From: Thermoplasmata archaeon
Lineage (GTDB): Archaea; Thermoplasmatota; Thermoplasmata; GCA-020350865
DNA: 64,000 nt
Direction of reading: 5' to 3'
NCBI GenBank assembly: GCA_020348445.1
Contig: CP070751.1
Location: 4,569,709-4,633,708 of the forward strand
The position numbers and the translations under genes were made by a program. This document shows, piece after piece, positions 46,891 through 55,287 of the stretch. How positions within the stretch are numbered: position 1 is the stretch's first letter; every line of letters begins with the position of its first letter. The notes under the pieces are model-generated. The model had not been told where the DNA came from. It saw nothing but the letters and a program-made list of their open reading frames with translations, and did no database searches.

Positions 46891-47556
46891 ATGAATGAAA
46901 ACAAAAGGAAAATTAAGCCAGGCCTAAAAAGTCTGGGTAGTGGGCACAGGACACTGGGAAAAACCATTGGAATAATTGTTTTGATTACCGCTGCTCTGCT
47001 GATGGTATCCGGAAGTTCCATTGCCATGTTTATCGAAGTGCAGAGCTGGGAGACCGACATGGGTGAGTGGACAAAGGATTACGACCTGCCGGAGGATCCG
47101 AATCTTATGGGAGAAGCAAGTGCAGGTAAACTCGTTTACTGGCACATTGAAAGGACAGACAAAATTGCCTATAAGGGCAAGTGGTGCCTGGAGCTTGCAA
47201 TAGACGGCAGGCAGGACGACGGCACCGTGTGGATGGAGAAAATTGTCCCAGCAAATCCAAAGGCACCAGTCACCGTTGTATTCATCGATTTCTATGTGTA
47301 CAGCAAATGGAAATCGGCCGCTAACCAATGGAAGGTCCTAGCCTACGCGGGTGTAGAGGATCCCGATAGGGAGAACGACTTCACAATAGTGGGCTATACC
47401 GAACCAGGAGTGGGCTGGTTCCGATACAGGCTTGTTGAAAGAATCTGGACCCACGGAAGTGATGATATCTACGTGGCCTTCGGCATTTCAGTGCTCTGGG
47501 AAAGCTACCGCGAATATCATTTCGACCACGTGATTGTGCGCACAACAGGAATTTAG
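46891..47556 (+). CDS. Secreted/membrane-anchored hypothetical protein, probably beta-sandwich
   Basis: Basic N-terminus plus hydrophobic helix; Trp-rich mature part; SD AGGTAGGAG. Confidence 0.6.
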   Translation: MNENKRKIKPGLKSLGSGHRTLGKTIGIIVLITAALLMVSGSSIAMFIEVQSWETDMGEWTKDYDLPEDPNLMGEASAGKLVYWHIERTDKIAYKGKWCLELAIDGRQDDGTVWMEKIVPANPKAPVTVVFIDFYVYSKWKSAANQWKVLAYAGVEDPDRENDFTIVGYTEPGVGWFRYRLVERIWTHGSDDIYVAFGISVLWESYREYHFDHVIVRTTGI

Positions 47557-47597
47557 AGAGGATTAACGCCCTAAAAAAACCTTAAGGAGGGATAAAA

Positions 47598-50411
47598 ATC
47601 GTAGAAGATGAAGAAGAACTATCTGAAGATCTAGAATCTGAGGAGGAAGAGGTGGAATGGGGAGAGAACGAAGAGGATCTTGGGGAGGAGCCTGAAGAAA
47701 TTGAGGAATGGGAAGGCTCTGAAGAAGAAATTGAGGAGGAACCAAGACGAATGGAAATGGAAGAAAAGGAAAAAGGTTCCAAATTCCCAACAATGCTGGT
47801 GCTCGCCATTCTACTAGGCGCGATTGCCGGTGCAATAGCAGGCCTTGCAGCTTCTTCCCTATTTCAGGACGAGGACGAAGACACCCCATTTACCTATGCA
47901 GATGATAAGGTGGGTATCGGGACAGATGATCCTGTTACTGCGCTGGATGTGGATGGAGTGATCACTGCCGAAGGAGGGAATTCTGATGAGTGGAACACCG
48001 CCTACAGCTGGGGGGATCATTCCACAGCAGGATACCTTACGGACTACACAGAGACTGATCCTGTGTATGGAGGAAGTGCAGCTTCGGAAATCTCAAGCGG
48101 AGATATCACCAACTGGGACACAGCATATGCTTGGGGTAATCATTCCACAGCAGGATACATGACTGATTATACAGAAACTGACCCATTGTACGGAGGAAGT
48201 GTAGCATCGGGGATCTCAACAGGAGATATCACCAAATGGGATATGGCCTATGGATGGGGTGATCATTCAGATGAGGGATATCTTACAAGCTATTCAGAGA
48301 CCGATCCAGTTTATGCTTGGAGTGTAGCAGCAGGGATCACAAACGGCGATATCACCGACTGGGATACAGCTTATGGTTGGGGTGACCACTCATCAGTAGG
48401 ATATCTTACGAGCTATACAGAGTCAGATCCAGTATATGGTGTGAGTGTGGCTTCGGGAATCACAAGCGGGAACATTATCAACTGGGATACGGCCTATGGC
48501 TGGGGGGATCATTCTTTAGCTGGTTACTTGGTTAGCGAAAGTGACCCGCAAGTTGGGGTGAACGCACTCAATTATACATCCAAATGGAACGGCAATGAGC
48601 TTGTAACCGGTACGATATACGATAACGGCAATATAGGAATCGGGACAACTAATCCAGAGGCAAAATTGGATGTGGAAGTCAGTTCTCTTGGAGCCGCAAC
48701 CATAGGTTCCAGCGGTAATTCAGCTACCGGGGATTATGCAATCGCCATGGGATACAATACAAGTGCCAGCGGGGATTATTCAACTGCAGTGGGGCGGTTC
48801 TCGACCGCAAGTGGGAGTACTTCAACCTCGATAGGATATGAATCAACCGCTAGCGGAGGAGGTTCAACTGCGATTGGTATGTGGGCAACCGCCAGCGGGG
48901 AGTATTCAACCGCGATTGGATTGAGGGCAACTGCCTATGGGTGGTATTCAACCTCCATCGGGAGAGGAACAAACGCCAGCGGATTATATTCTACCGCCAG
49001 AGGTTACAATACCATTGCCGGCGGATGGGGCTCAACCGCCATGGGGTGGGAAACGACCGCCTTCGGTGATTATTCAACCACCATGGGACATAATACAAAT
49101 GCCAGTGGAATTGGATCAACTGCCATGGGGAATGGTACAACTGCCAGCGGAGATTCTTCAACCGCCATGGGTTACAATACAAACGCCAGCGGGGTTAGAT
49201 CAACTGCGATGGGGCAGAAAACGACCGCTATAGGCTGGTATTCTACCTCGATGGGGGCTGTTACAACCGCCAGTGGTTTAACCTCAACCGCCATGGGATA
49301 TGGAACAACCGCCAGTGCACCCTATTCAATTGCTATGGGATTAAGCACAATTGCTAGTGGATACGCCTCAACCTCCATGGGAAGAGATACAATAGCCTTT
49401 GGGAGTTATTCAACCGCCATCGGGAAAGGGACGAATGCCAGTGGGTATGCCTCAGCTGCAATGGGGCGTGATACAACCGCCTTTGGGGATTCTTCGATTG
49501 CAATGGGTTACAATACAAATGCCATAGAAGATTTTTCAACTGCAATGGGATGGGGGACAACCGCCAGTGAACAAGCCTCAACTGCAATGGGTGATGGAAC
49601 AAACGCCAGTGGATTTGCTTCAACCGCAATGGGGAGTGGGACACTAGCCAGCGGATGGATTTCAACTGCAATGGGTGCTGGTGCAGTCGCCAGCGGGGAA
49701 TCTTCAACTGCTATGGGGTATTATACAAATGCCAGTGGAATCAGATCAACGGCCATGGGGATAATAACAACCGCCAGCGGTGGGGGCTCAACCGCAATGG
49801 GAGGTGGTACAATTGCCAGCGGATTATATTCAACAGCCATGGGGGTATCTACAATCGCCAGCGGGGATTATTCAACTGCCATGGGTGATGGAACAACCGC
49901 TATCGGGAATTGGTCAACAGCCATGGGGTGGGGAACGACGGCCAGCGGGCGTTACTCAACCGCAATGGGGCGATGGACAACAGCCAGCGGAAATTGGTCA
50001 ACCGCCATGGGAGAATTATCAACCGCAAGCGGGAGTATTTCAACAGCCATGGGCTCGTTTTCAACCGCCAGCGGAATGAGTTCAACTGCTATGGGGCGGT
50101 TTACAACAGCCAGTGGGAATTACTCAACAGCAATGGGCCACTCGATAAATGCCAGTGGAAATTACAGTTTCGGAATTGGTTTGGATTCCACTCAAAGTAC
50201 AATAACCCAGGACAACACAATGGCCATCATGGGCGGCAATATCGGCATCGGAACTCTAACCCCACAAAGAAGCCTTCATGTCAATGACACAATGCGACTC
50301 GAACCAAGAACCTCGGCACCATCAAACCCAATGGAAGGGGATATATATTACGATGGAGTCTTACACTCGCTCATGGTCTATGATGGAACAGTATGGCAGG
50401 CTTGCTTCTAA
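47598..50411 (+). CDS. N-terminally anchored fibre/adhesin with 41-aa ETDP repeats and 34 YadA/Hep_Hag-like 14-aa repeats
   Basis: Acidic N-tail, single TM, repeats, short C-terminal domain. The frame is open back to ATC 47598 (7 nt after AGGAGG); the track's start is GTG 47652. Confidence 0.8.
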   Translation: MVEDEEELSEDLESEEEEVEWGENEEDLGEEPEEIEEWEGSEEEIEEEPRRMEMEEKEKGSKFPTMLVLAILLGAIAGAIAGLAASSLFQDEDEDTPFTYADDKVGIGTDDPVTALDVDGVITAEGGNSDEWNTAYSWGDHSTAGYLTDYTETDPVYGGSAASEISSGDITNWDTAYAWGNHSTAGYMTDYTETDPLYGGSVASGISTGDITKWDMAYGWGDHSDEGYLTSYSETDPVYAWSVAAGITNGDITDWDTAYGWGDHSSVGYLTSYTESDPVYGVSVASGITSGNIINWDTAYGWGDHSLAGYLVSESDPQVGVNALNYTSKWNGNELVTGTIYDNGNIGIGTTNPEAKLDVEVSSLGAATIGSSGNSATGDYAIAMGYNTSASGDYSTAVGRFSTASGSTSTSIGYESTASGGGSTAIGMWATASGEYSTAIGLRATAYGWYSTSIGRGTNASGLYSTARGYNTIAGGWGSTAMGWETTAFGDYSTTMGHNTNASGIGSTAMGNGTTASGDSSTAMGYNTNASGVRSTAMGQKTTAIGWYSTSMGAVTTASGLTSTAMGYGTTASAPYSIAMGLSTIASGYASTSMGRDTIAFGSYSTAIGKGTNASGYASAAMGRDTTAFGDSSIAMGYNTNAIEDFSTAMGWGTTASEQASTAMGDGTNASGFASTAMGSGTLASGWISTAMGAGAVASGESSTAMGYYTNASGIRSTAMGIITTASGGGSTAMGGGTIASGLYSTAMGVSTIASGDYSTAMGDGTTAIGNWSTAMGWGTTASGRYSTAMGRWTTASGNWSTAMGELSTASGSISTAMGSFSTASGMSSTAMGRFTTASGNYSTAMGHSINASGNYSFGIGLDSTQSTITQDNTMAIMGGNIGIGTLTPQRSLHVNDTMRLEPRTSAPSNPMEGDIYYDGVLHSLMVYDGTVWQACF
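48051..48542 (+). repeat. Four tandem 123-bp (41-aa) coding repeats
   Basis: E(T/S)DP starts at 48051, 48174, 48297, 48420 (then 48537); consensus ETDPVYGxSxASxIxxGDITxWDTAYGWGDHSxxGYLTxYT. Confidence 0.9.
48735..50162 (+). repeat. 34 tandem 42-bp (14-aa) YadA-head-like repeats
   Basis: Consensus xSTAMGxxTxASGx; counted manually. Confidence 0.9.
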
Positions 50412-50420
50412 ATAAATCTC

Positions 50421-50447
50421 CCCCTTTCTCTCTTTTTTTTATTTTTA
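50421..50447 (+). terminator. Candidate archaeal oligo-T terminator
   Basis: CCCCTTTTCTCTCTTTTTTTTATTTTT immediately after the fibre gene stop. Confidence 0.35.
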
Positions 50448-50480
50448 TAATTAACATATTTTGTAGGCTGATTATTTAAT

Positions 50481-50764
50481 AACGCTCATAATTCGTATAC
50501 AATCTGCGGGAGTTAACGCTCACATTTCGTATACGAAGTAACGCTCACAGTTCGTAAAGGATTTGGGGGTCAACTCTCATATTTCGTAAATGGTTTTTCA
50601 GTTATAACGCTCATATTTTGTATACGAACTGTGGGAGTTGGTGAATCTGAACATGGTGAAGATTTTTGGTGCACTGGCTCCGCCCTTGAAAATCCCGGAA
50701 AATTAGTGCTTTGTGGCCGCGCAGGGGGGGTATTACGATCCGTGGGAGGTGGGGGTGGTTTTGG
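50481..50764 (+). repeat. Intergenic repeat family, copy A (five AACGCTC-type units plus conserved G-rich block)
   Basis: Units start at 50481, 50515, 50540, 50572, 50606; then GCACTGGCT (50671)..AATCCCGG..CCGCGCAGGGG..GTGGGGGTGGTTTT. Confidence 0.85.
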
Positions 50765-50924
50765 TTGCAGAGGCAGAGCGGTCACCTCATAAAAGTAATA
50801 CGAATACGCATTAATAATTTTGGGGGATTAAACGGGTGGAAATCCTTTGTAAAGAACTGGACCTTTTAAACTAAAAGATTCTTAATTATATATGAGAAAA
50901 AAAACAAAATATATTTTCTTATCT

Positions 50925-52169
50925 CTATGATTTAGATATCATTTCTATAAGATCTTTTGGAGTTAAAACCTCAACTTCTTCAGTTTGTACAGGAACCCGG
51001 GAGATCAATGCTTTTTTACAAATGAACTTTTCAGTATTTGTAATGAATTTACTAACATCGCTTTTTTTTACCTTTTTTCTCCATTTGACCTCTCCAATAA
51101 ATATCGGTTTTCTTCGCTTTGTAATAATGATGTCTATATCAAAATCTTTTGTCATATGGTATCTGAATGTACCATCAAGAAGTTCAGCCATAAGTTCGCC
51201 TAAGAAAAATTGAATGTGAATCGGTGCGCGCTCATCAAACACTTCTTTGATTAAGGATGGTTTGTCAGCTTCTATATCATATTTCTCATCAAGGTAATAA
51301 TAGAGCTCCATGATCTTCGATTTAACTGAATAATAATTTCCCCGCTTTTCATAAAGCGGTATTCTTTCTATGAGATCCATATTCTCCATAATCCTTACAT
51401 ATGGCCTCACCAAAGAGGGATTATTAGCTTTTATTAGCTTCTTTGAAAATAGCTGGTCGCTAACCTTTTTCAATGTGTTTTTTCCATTGGCAATTGATCT
51501 TAGAACACCCTCATATACCTCAGATAAAAACCTGTCTTCTGCTAGGAATGTTTCCCCAATAAGAGCGGGAATCGCGTTTTTTGAAAATTCCATAACGTTC
51601 AATATTGTTTTTTCAGGAGTTTTATCTATATAACGTAATGCCCAAGGATCTCGGAGGTATGGCGATAGTGCAAGAGCATCCTCATGGCTAATTTCTTTTG
51701 AAAGAGAAGTAAAAATGTCACTGGGCGAAAGCACTGAAAGCTTAATCTCAGATAAAAGTCCCAGAAGAGGGGACTTTTTTGAGGTAATTTCCTTTGCAAC
51801 ATGCATGGATGAACCAAGGAGTATGAGTTTTCCGTTAGGATAGCACATTTGAAGAGAATCAACAAAATCGTCAGGAAGTCTTTGGAACTCGTCTACTACG
51901 ACTACCTTATCATTCTTTAGTTCATTGATCACCATTTCAGTAACCTGACTGTAATCGTCTGTTCTTTTTAGGGGTTCACCTGTAATAAGTGCACCGCCCC
52001 CTCTTTTCACAAGTATATAAACATCATGTTTGATGAAGTTCCTAACAAGATATGTCTTTCCAACTTTTCTCCTGCCGTATATCAACATCCAGCCCTTCGA
52101 TTTCTTTACATTCTTCACTTCCTTACGAGGAACCGTGATTAGGGTAACCATGGTTACGGGAATGGCCAT
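50925..52169 (-). CDS. Archaeal AAA ATPase with C-terminal DUF234/PD-(D/E)xK nuclease-like domain
   Basis: IYGRRKVGKT Walker A, VVDEFQ Walker B, LLGS, DIDII...FIGEVKW. Confidence 0.88.
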   Translation of the reverse strand: MAIPVTMVTLITVPRKEVKNVKKSKGWMLIYGRRKVGKTYLVRNFIKHDVYILVKRGGGALITGEPLKRTDDYSQVTEMVINELKNDKVVVVDEFQRLPDDFVDSLQMCYPNGKLILLGSSMHVAKEITSKKSPLLGLLSEIKLSVLSPSDIFTSLSKEISHEDALALSPYLRDPWALRYIDKTPEKTILNVMEFSKNAIPALIGETFLAEDRFLSEVYEGVLRSIANGKNTLKKVSDQLFSKKLIKANNPSLVRPYVRIMENMDLIERIPLYEKRGNYYSVKSKIMELYYYLDEKYDIEADKPSLIKEVFDERAPIHIQFFLGELMAELLDGTFRYHMTKDFDIDIIITKRRKPIFIGEVKWRKKVKKSDVSKFITNTEKFICKKALISRVPVQTEEVEVLTPKDLIEMISKS

Positions 52170-52214
52170 TCCCCTATAAATAGGTTACTGTATCAAATCA
52201 TGATTTTAGTGGTC

Positions 52215-52650
52215 TAGCACTCGTATTTCGTATGCCATTTTCGTGCGATATCTCACGGATTTGGCACATGGAATTCATAATCCAACGCTCATATCTCGTA
52301 TACCATCTGTGCGAGTTAACGCTCGTAATTGGTATACAATGTAACGCTCGCAGTTGGTAAAGGATTTGGGTGTCAACGCTCATATTTGGTATACCATTTG
52401 CGGGAGTTGGGAGGGGAAGTGAAATTAGTGGGCTTTGAGGTACTGGCTATCTTCATATTAAGTCAGGAAAAAGGCGGTTTTGGTGGCACACAGATGGGGT
52501 ATGTGAGTTGATTTTGAAGGGAGTTACTGCCAATCGTGGGAAGTGGATTCGGTTGAGCGACCCAGAAAGGGGTATGTGTGTCGGAAATCTGGGGATTAGT
52601 GCCAGATTCGTGAGATGGGGGTGGTTTTTGGGCCCGGGAAAGGGGGGTGA
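52215..52650 (+). repeat. Intergenic repeat family, copy B
   Basis: AACGCTC at 52284, 52318, 52343, 52375; GGGAGTTG..TACTGGCT; GGGGTATGTGTG..GCCAGATTCGTGAG..GGGGGTGGTTTTTG. Confidence 0.85.
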
Positions 52651-52814
52651 GGGAACTGCGTGGAAGAGTTGACAGTGTACAAGGTGGGTTGGTTAAGTTA
52701 AAAAAGGTGGAGGAAAAAGGTATAGGCTCTGAGAAAAAAATAGGTTCAGACCCCCGATTAAATCTAAATATTCCCATCCAATTTCTAATAAAATAGAAAA
52801 AAAAGATAAAGGTT

Positions 52815-53759
52815 TTAGGTCGGGTCTATCACTCTTATGGTATCGCTTCCCTCGAAGGGCATCCCGCAGAATAACTCTCCCGAAATTGTCACTGTATGTT
52901 CTCCTGGCCCATAGAGAATCTCGATATCAGAGCGGTCGAACTTAAGGAGTCGCTCCAATACACCATTACCGTTTTCATCGACACAGTAGGAATCCTCTGA
53001 CTTCGCCCAGCCGTACTTCGGATCCCGCACAGGTGAGATGGCTCCATCCCATAGGATTGTGTTCGCGTTAATCTGGTTGCACTGGTACTCCTCCGGCAGC
53101 TCAACCGTCGCGATAATCCACCGGCCCTTGCTCTTCATGTTGATTGTGTTCGGATCGCTGCCAGGCTTGATGTCCACAATTGCCTCCAAGGGACAAGGTA
53201 TGTCGTACTCAACGATATATCCCGGAATCCCATACATATTGTTGTAGCTTGGAACATCGTTCCATGCGCCCAGAGGTGAACCGCCGATTTGGCGTCCATC
53301 CAGGTGAATAGCATCTTCTCCTGGAGGTGCATTGTTTGGCTCATTTGTCATCCAGTTGGTATAAACAAAAGGCTCACCAGTCACCCATTCCCACCCACCA
53401 TCAGGCTCGGGACTCCCAGGAGGTTGAAATCCACCTATCCAATAGCCAAGTCCACCCGGGATAATTGCTTGCGGAAATGTGGTCACGATAAAGTCTTGTT
53501 CTTGTTGTGATGTGATGGTGACAAGATGTCCTTGGTAACCCATGAAGATTAGACTTTCTGCAGCAACTTTGGCATCTTGCCAGATTATACCCCCTGGTAC
53601 AGATACCGCCTCGTAGTAGTGACAGTTTGCAGGATTCTGGACTGGACTAGATATGGGAGAGGCCTGACTACTTGCCGCAACCACAGTAAATAAGCCCATG
53701 CCAATGAGTATTGCCACAACAATTATTACACTGTTTTTATGTATTCTCTTCATTTCCAT
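52815..53759 (-). CDS. Secreted C-type lectin domain protein with C-terminal DIKPGS domain
   Basis: Signal peptide; HYYEAV..W.DAK.AA..GHLVTITS..EQDF..YWIGG..W.WVTGE...YTNW...EPNN..WND. Confidence 0.8.
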   Translation of the reverse strand: MEMKRIHKNSVIIVVAILIGMGLFTVVAASSQASPISSPVQNPANCHYYEAVSVPGGIIWQDAKVAAESLIFMGYQGHLVTITSQQEQDFIVTTFPQAIIPGGLGYWIGGFQPPGSPEPDGGWEWVTGEPFVYTNWMTNEPNNAPPGEDAIHLDGRQIGGSPLGAWNDVPSYNNMYGIPGYIVEYDIPCPLEAIVDIKPGSDPNTINMKSKGRWIIATVELPEEYQCNQINANTILWDGAISPVRDPKYGWAKSEDSYCVDENGNGVLERLLKFDRSDIEILYGPGEHTVTISGELFCGMPFEGSDTIRVIDPT

Positions 53760-53967
53760 TCACCTCCTCCCTTTCTTAGGGTCTATCGGTATTTCTATCA
53801 TCGCGCCCCACCTCGGTGCTATCCTCCCCATTTTTGTTTCATAAAGCCCCCTCGCCGCTCTTCCCTCTGTTTTTTCCTCTGAGGGATAGTAGTTGATGTA
53901 CTTATAATCATTTATAATTTTGGTTTAATCAATTTAAAGTTTCAATTTTTCCGCGCTTGGTTTTTGA

Positions 53968-54023
53968 GCGCGCAAAAAGGGGCGTGTCGGTGGAGGAATG
54001 GGCAGTCAGGGAAACGGTGGAGG
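53968..54023 (+). repeat. 56-bp direct repeat, left of hicBA
   Basis: GCGCGCAAAAAGGGGCGTGTCGGTGGAGGAATGGGCAGTCAGGGAAACGGTGGAGG, identical to 54652..54707; a diverged third copy starts at 60571. Confidence 0.92.
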
Positions 54024-54107
54024 TGGGGGTTGAGGTGAGATGGGTCCGGATTTTGAAAAAATAAGGAAAAAGTATAAAAGCAAGGATACTCCTTAATATC
54101 TCTGGAA

Positions 54108-54341
54108 GTGACCGTTATGGAAGGCAAGTTTACTGCTGTGTTTGAAAAGGATGGGGAATGGTGGATTGGATACGTTGAAGAATTACCTGGAGCAAATACC
54201 CAGGGCAAGACATTAGATGAGGCTCGTGAGAATCTAAAGGAAGCCGTAGCTTTAGTTATAGAAGCAAATATAGAACTAACAAAACAAGAAATTGAGGGAA
54301 AGGAAGTCATTAGAGAGGAGCTATCGGTGGCTACTCAATGA
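54108..54341 (+). CDS. hicB: HicB-family antitoxin
   Basis: FTAVFEKDGEWWIGYVEELPGANTQGKTLDEARENLKEA. Confidence 0.9.
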   Translation: MTVMEGKFTAVFEKDGEWWIGYVEELPGANTQGKTLDEARENLKEAVALVIEANIELTKQEIEGKEVIREELSVATQ

Positions 54342-54523
54342 AGCGGCGAGTCTTAATAAAGCATCTTAAAAAAAATAGGTGCAAATTTTTGCGTGAAGGT
54401 AAAAAACATACAATATATTTTAATCCAAAATTGAGAAAGGTATCAACGATTCCGCGGCATACAGAAATATCTGATAAACTTGCCAGAAAGATTTGTAAGG
54501 ATCTTGGTGTGCCTCCTCTGTAA
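54338..54523 (+). CDS. hicA: HicA-family mRNA interferase toxin
   Basis: LIKHLKKN.C.FLREG.KHTIY.NP....TIPRHTEI; ATGA overlap with hicB. Confidence 0.9.
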   Translation: MKRRVLIKHLKKNRCKFLREGKKHTIYFNPKLRKVSTIPRHTEISDKLARKICKDLGVPPL

Positions 54524-54651
54524 TTTTTATTATAGCAATGTCCCAAGATACTAAAAAAAATCCTTTATGGATATATATCATATTTTTTAAGAGGAAAATT
54601 CCATCTGCCACATATTCAATTTATTTTACGGTGGAAGGAGCGGTTTTTCGG

Positions 54652-55063
54652 GCGCGCAAAAAGGGGCGTGTCGGTGGAGGAATGGGCAGTCAGGGAAACG
54701 GTGGAGGAGGGTTACGAGTAGGGTTGGATTTTTGGGTAATAGATCAGGCAATAACGCTCGTATTTGGTATACCATCTGTGCGAGTTAACGCTCACGATTG
54801 GTATACAATGTAACGCTCGCAGTTGGGAAAGGATTTGGGGGTCAACTCCCGTATTTGGGAAATGGTTTTCGGGATCTAGCGCTCATATTTGGTATACCAT
54901 ATGCAGGAGTTGTGGGATCAGGACCTGAAGATGGATTTTGGTGCACTGGCTCTGCCCCTGAAAATCCCGGAAAATTGTGCATTTTAAACCGCGCAGAGGG
55001 GGTATGTGCGTTGGAAATTGGAAGGATTTTACCAATCGTGAGAGGTGGGGGTGGTTTTTGGGG
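54652..55063 (+). repeat. Intergenic repeat family, copy C (56-bp repeat, five units, conserved block)
   Basis: 56-bp repeat at 54652..54707; units at 54753, 54787, 54812, 54844, 54878; GCACTGGCT at 54943. Confidence 0.88.
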
Positions 55064-55287
55064 TTAGAGGCCAGAACCTATGTGAAGACATAAAAGGTAT
55101 TAATAAAATCTTGTGTTAAAAAAAATGTGAAAATCACAAAACACATTAACAATAGAGATATTTTTTACCTTTACCATGAAATTGTTTATATATGTCATTT
55201 TGAATCCTGGTTATTAATATATAGAATTGAATCTGAATTAATATTAAACATACAATAATTACCACAGTCAAAATTATTGGTATTGTT

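Noticed and set aside
50481-54912. AACGCTC arrays as mini-CRISPR arrays
   Set aside because: The sequences between repeats are conserved across loci rather than unique, periods are irregular (25-34 bp), and there are no cas genes in the window.
54538-55067. Short ORFs across the intergenic repeats (e.g. 54538..54813, 54798..55067, 52329..52511, 60518..60823)
   Set aside because: Unit lengths of 34, 25 and 32 bp are not multiples of three, so frames are not conserved between copies.
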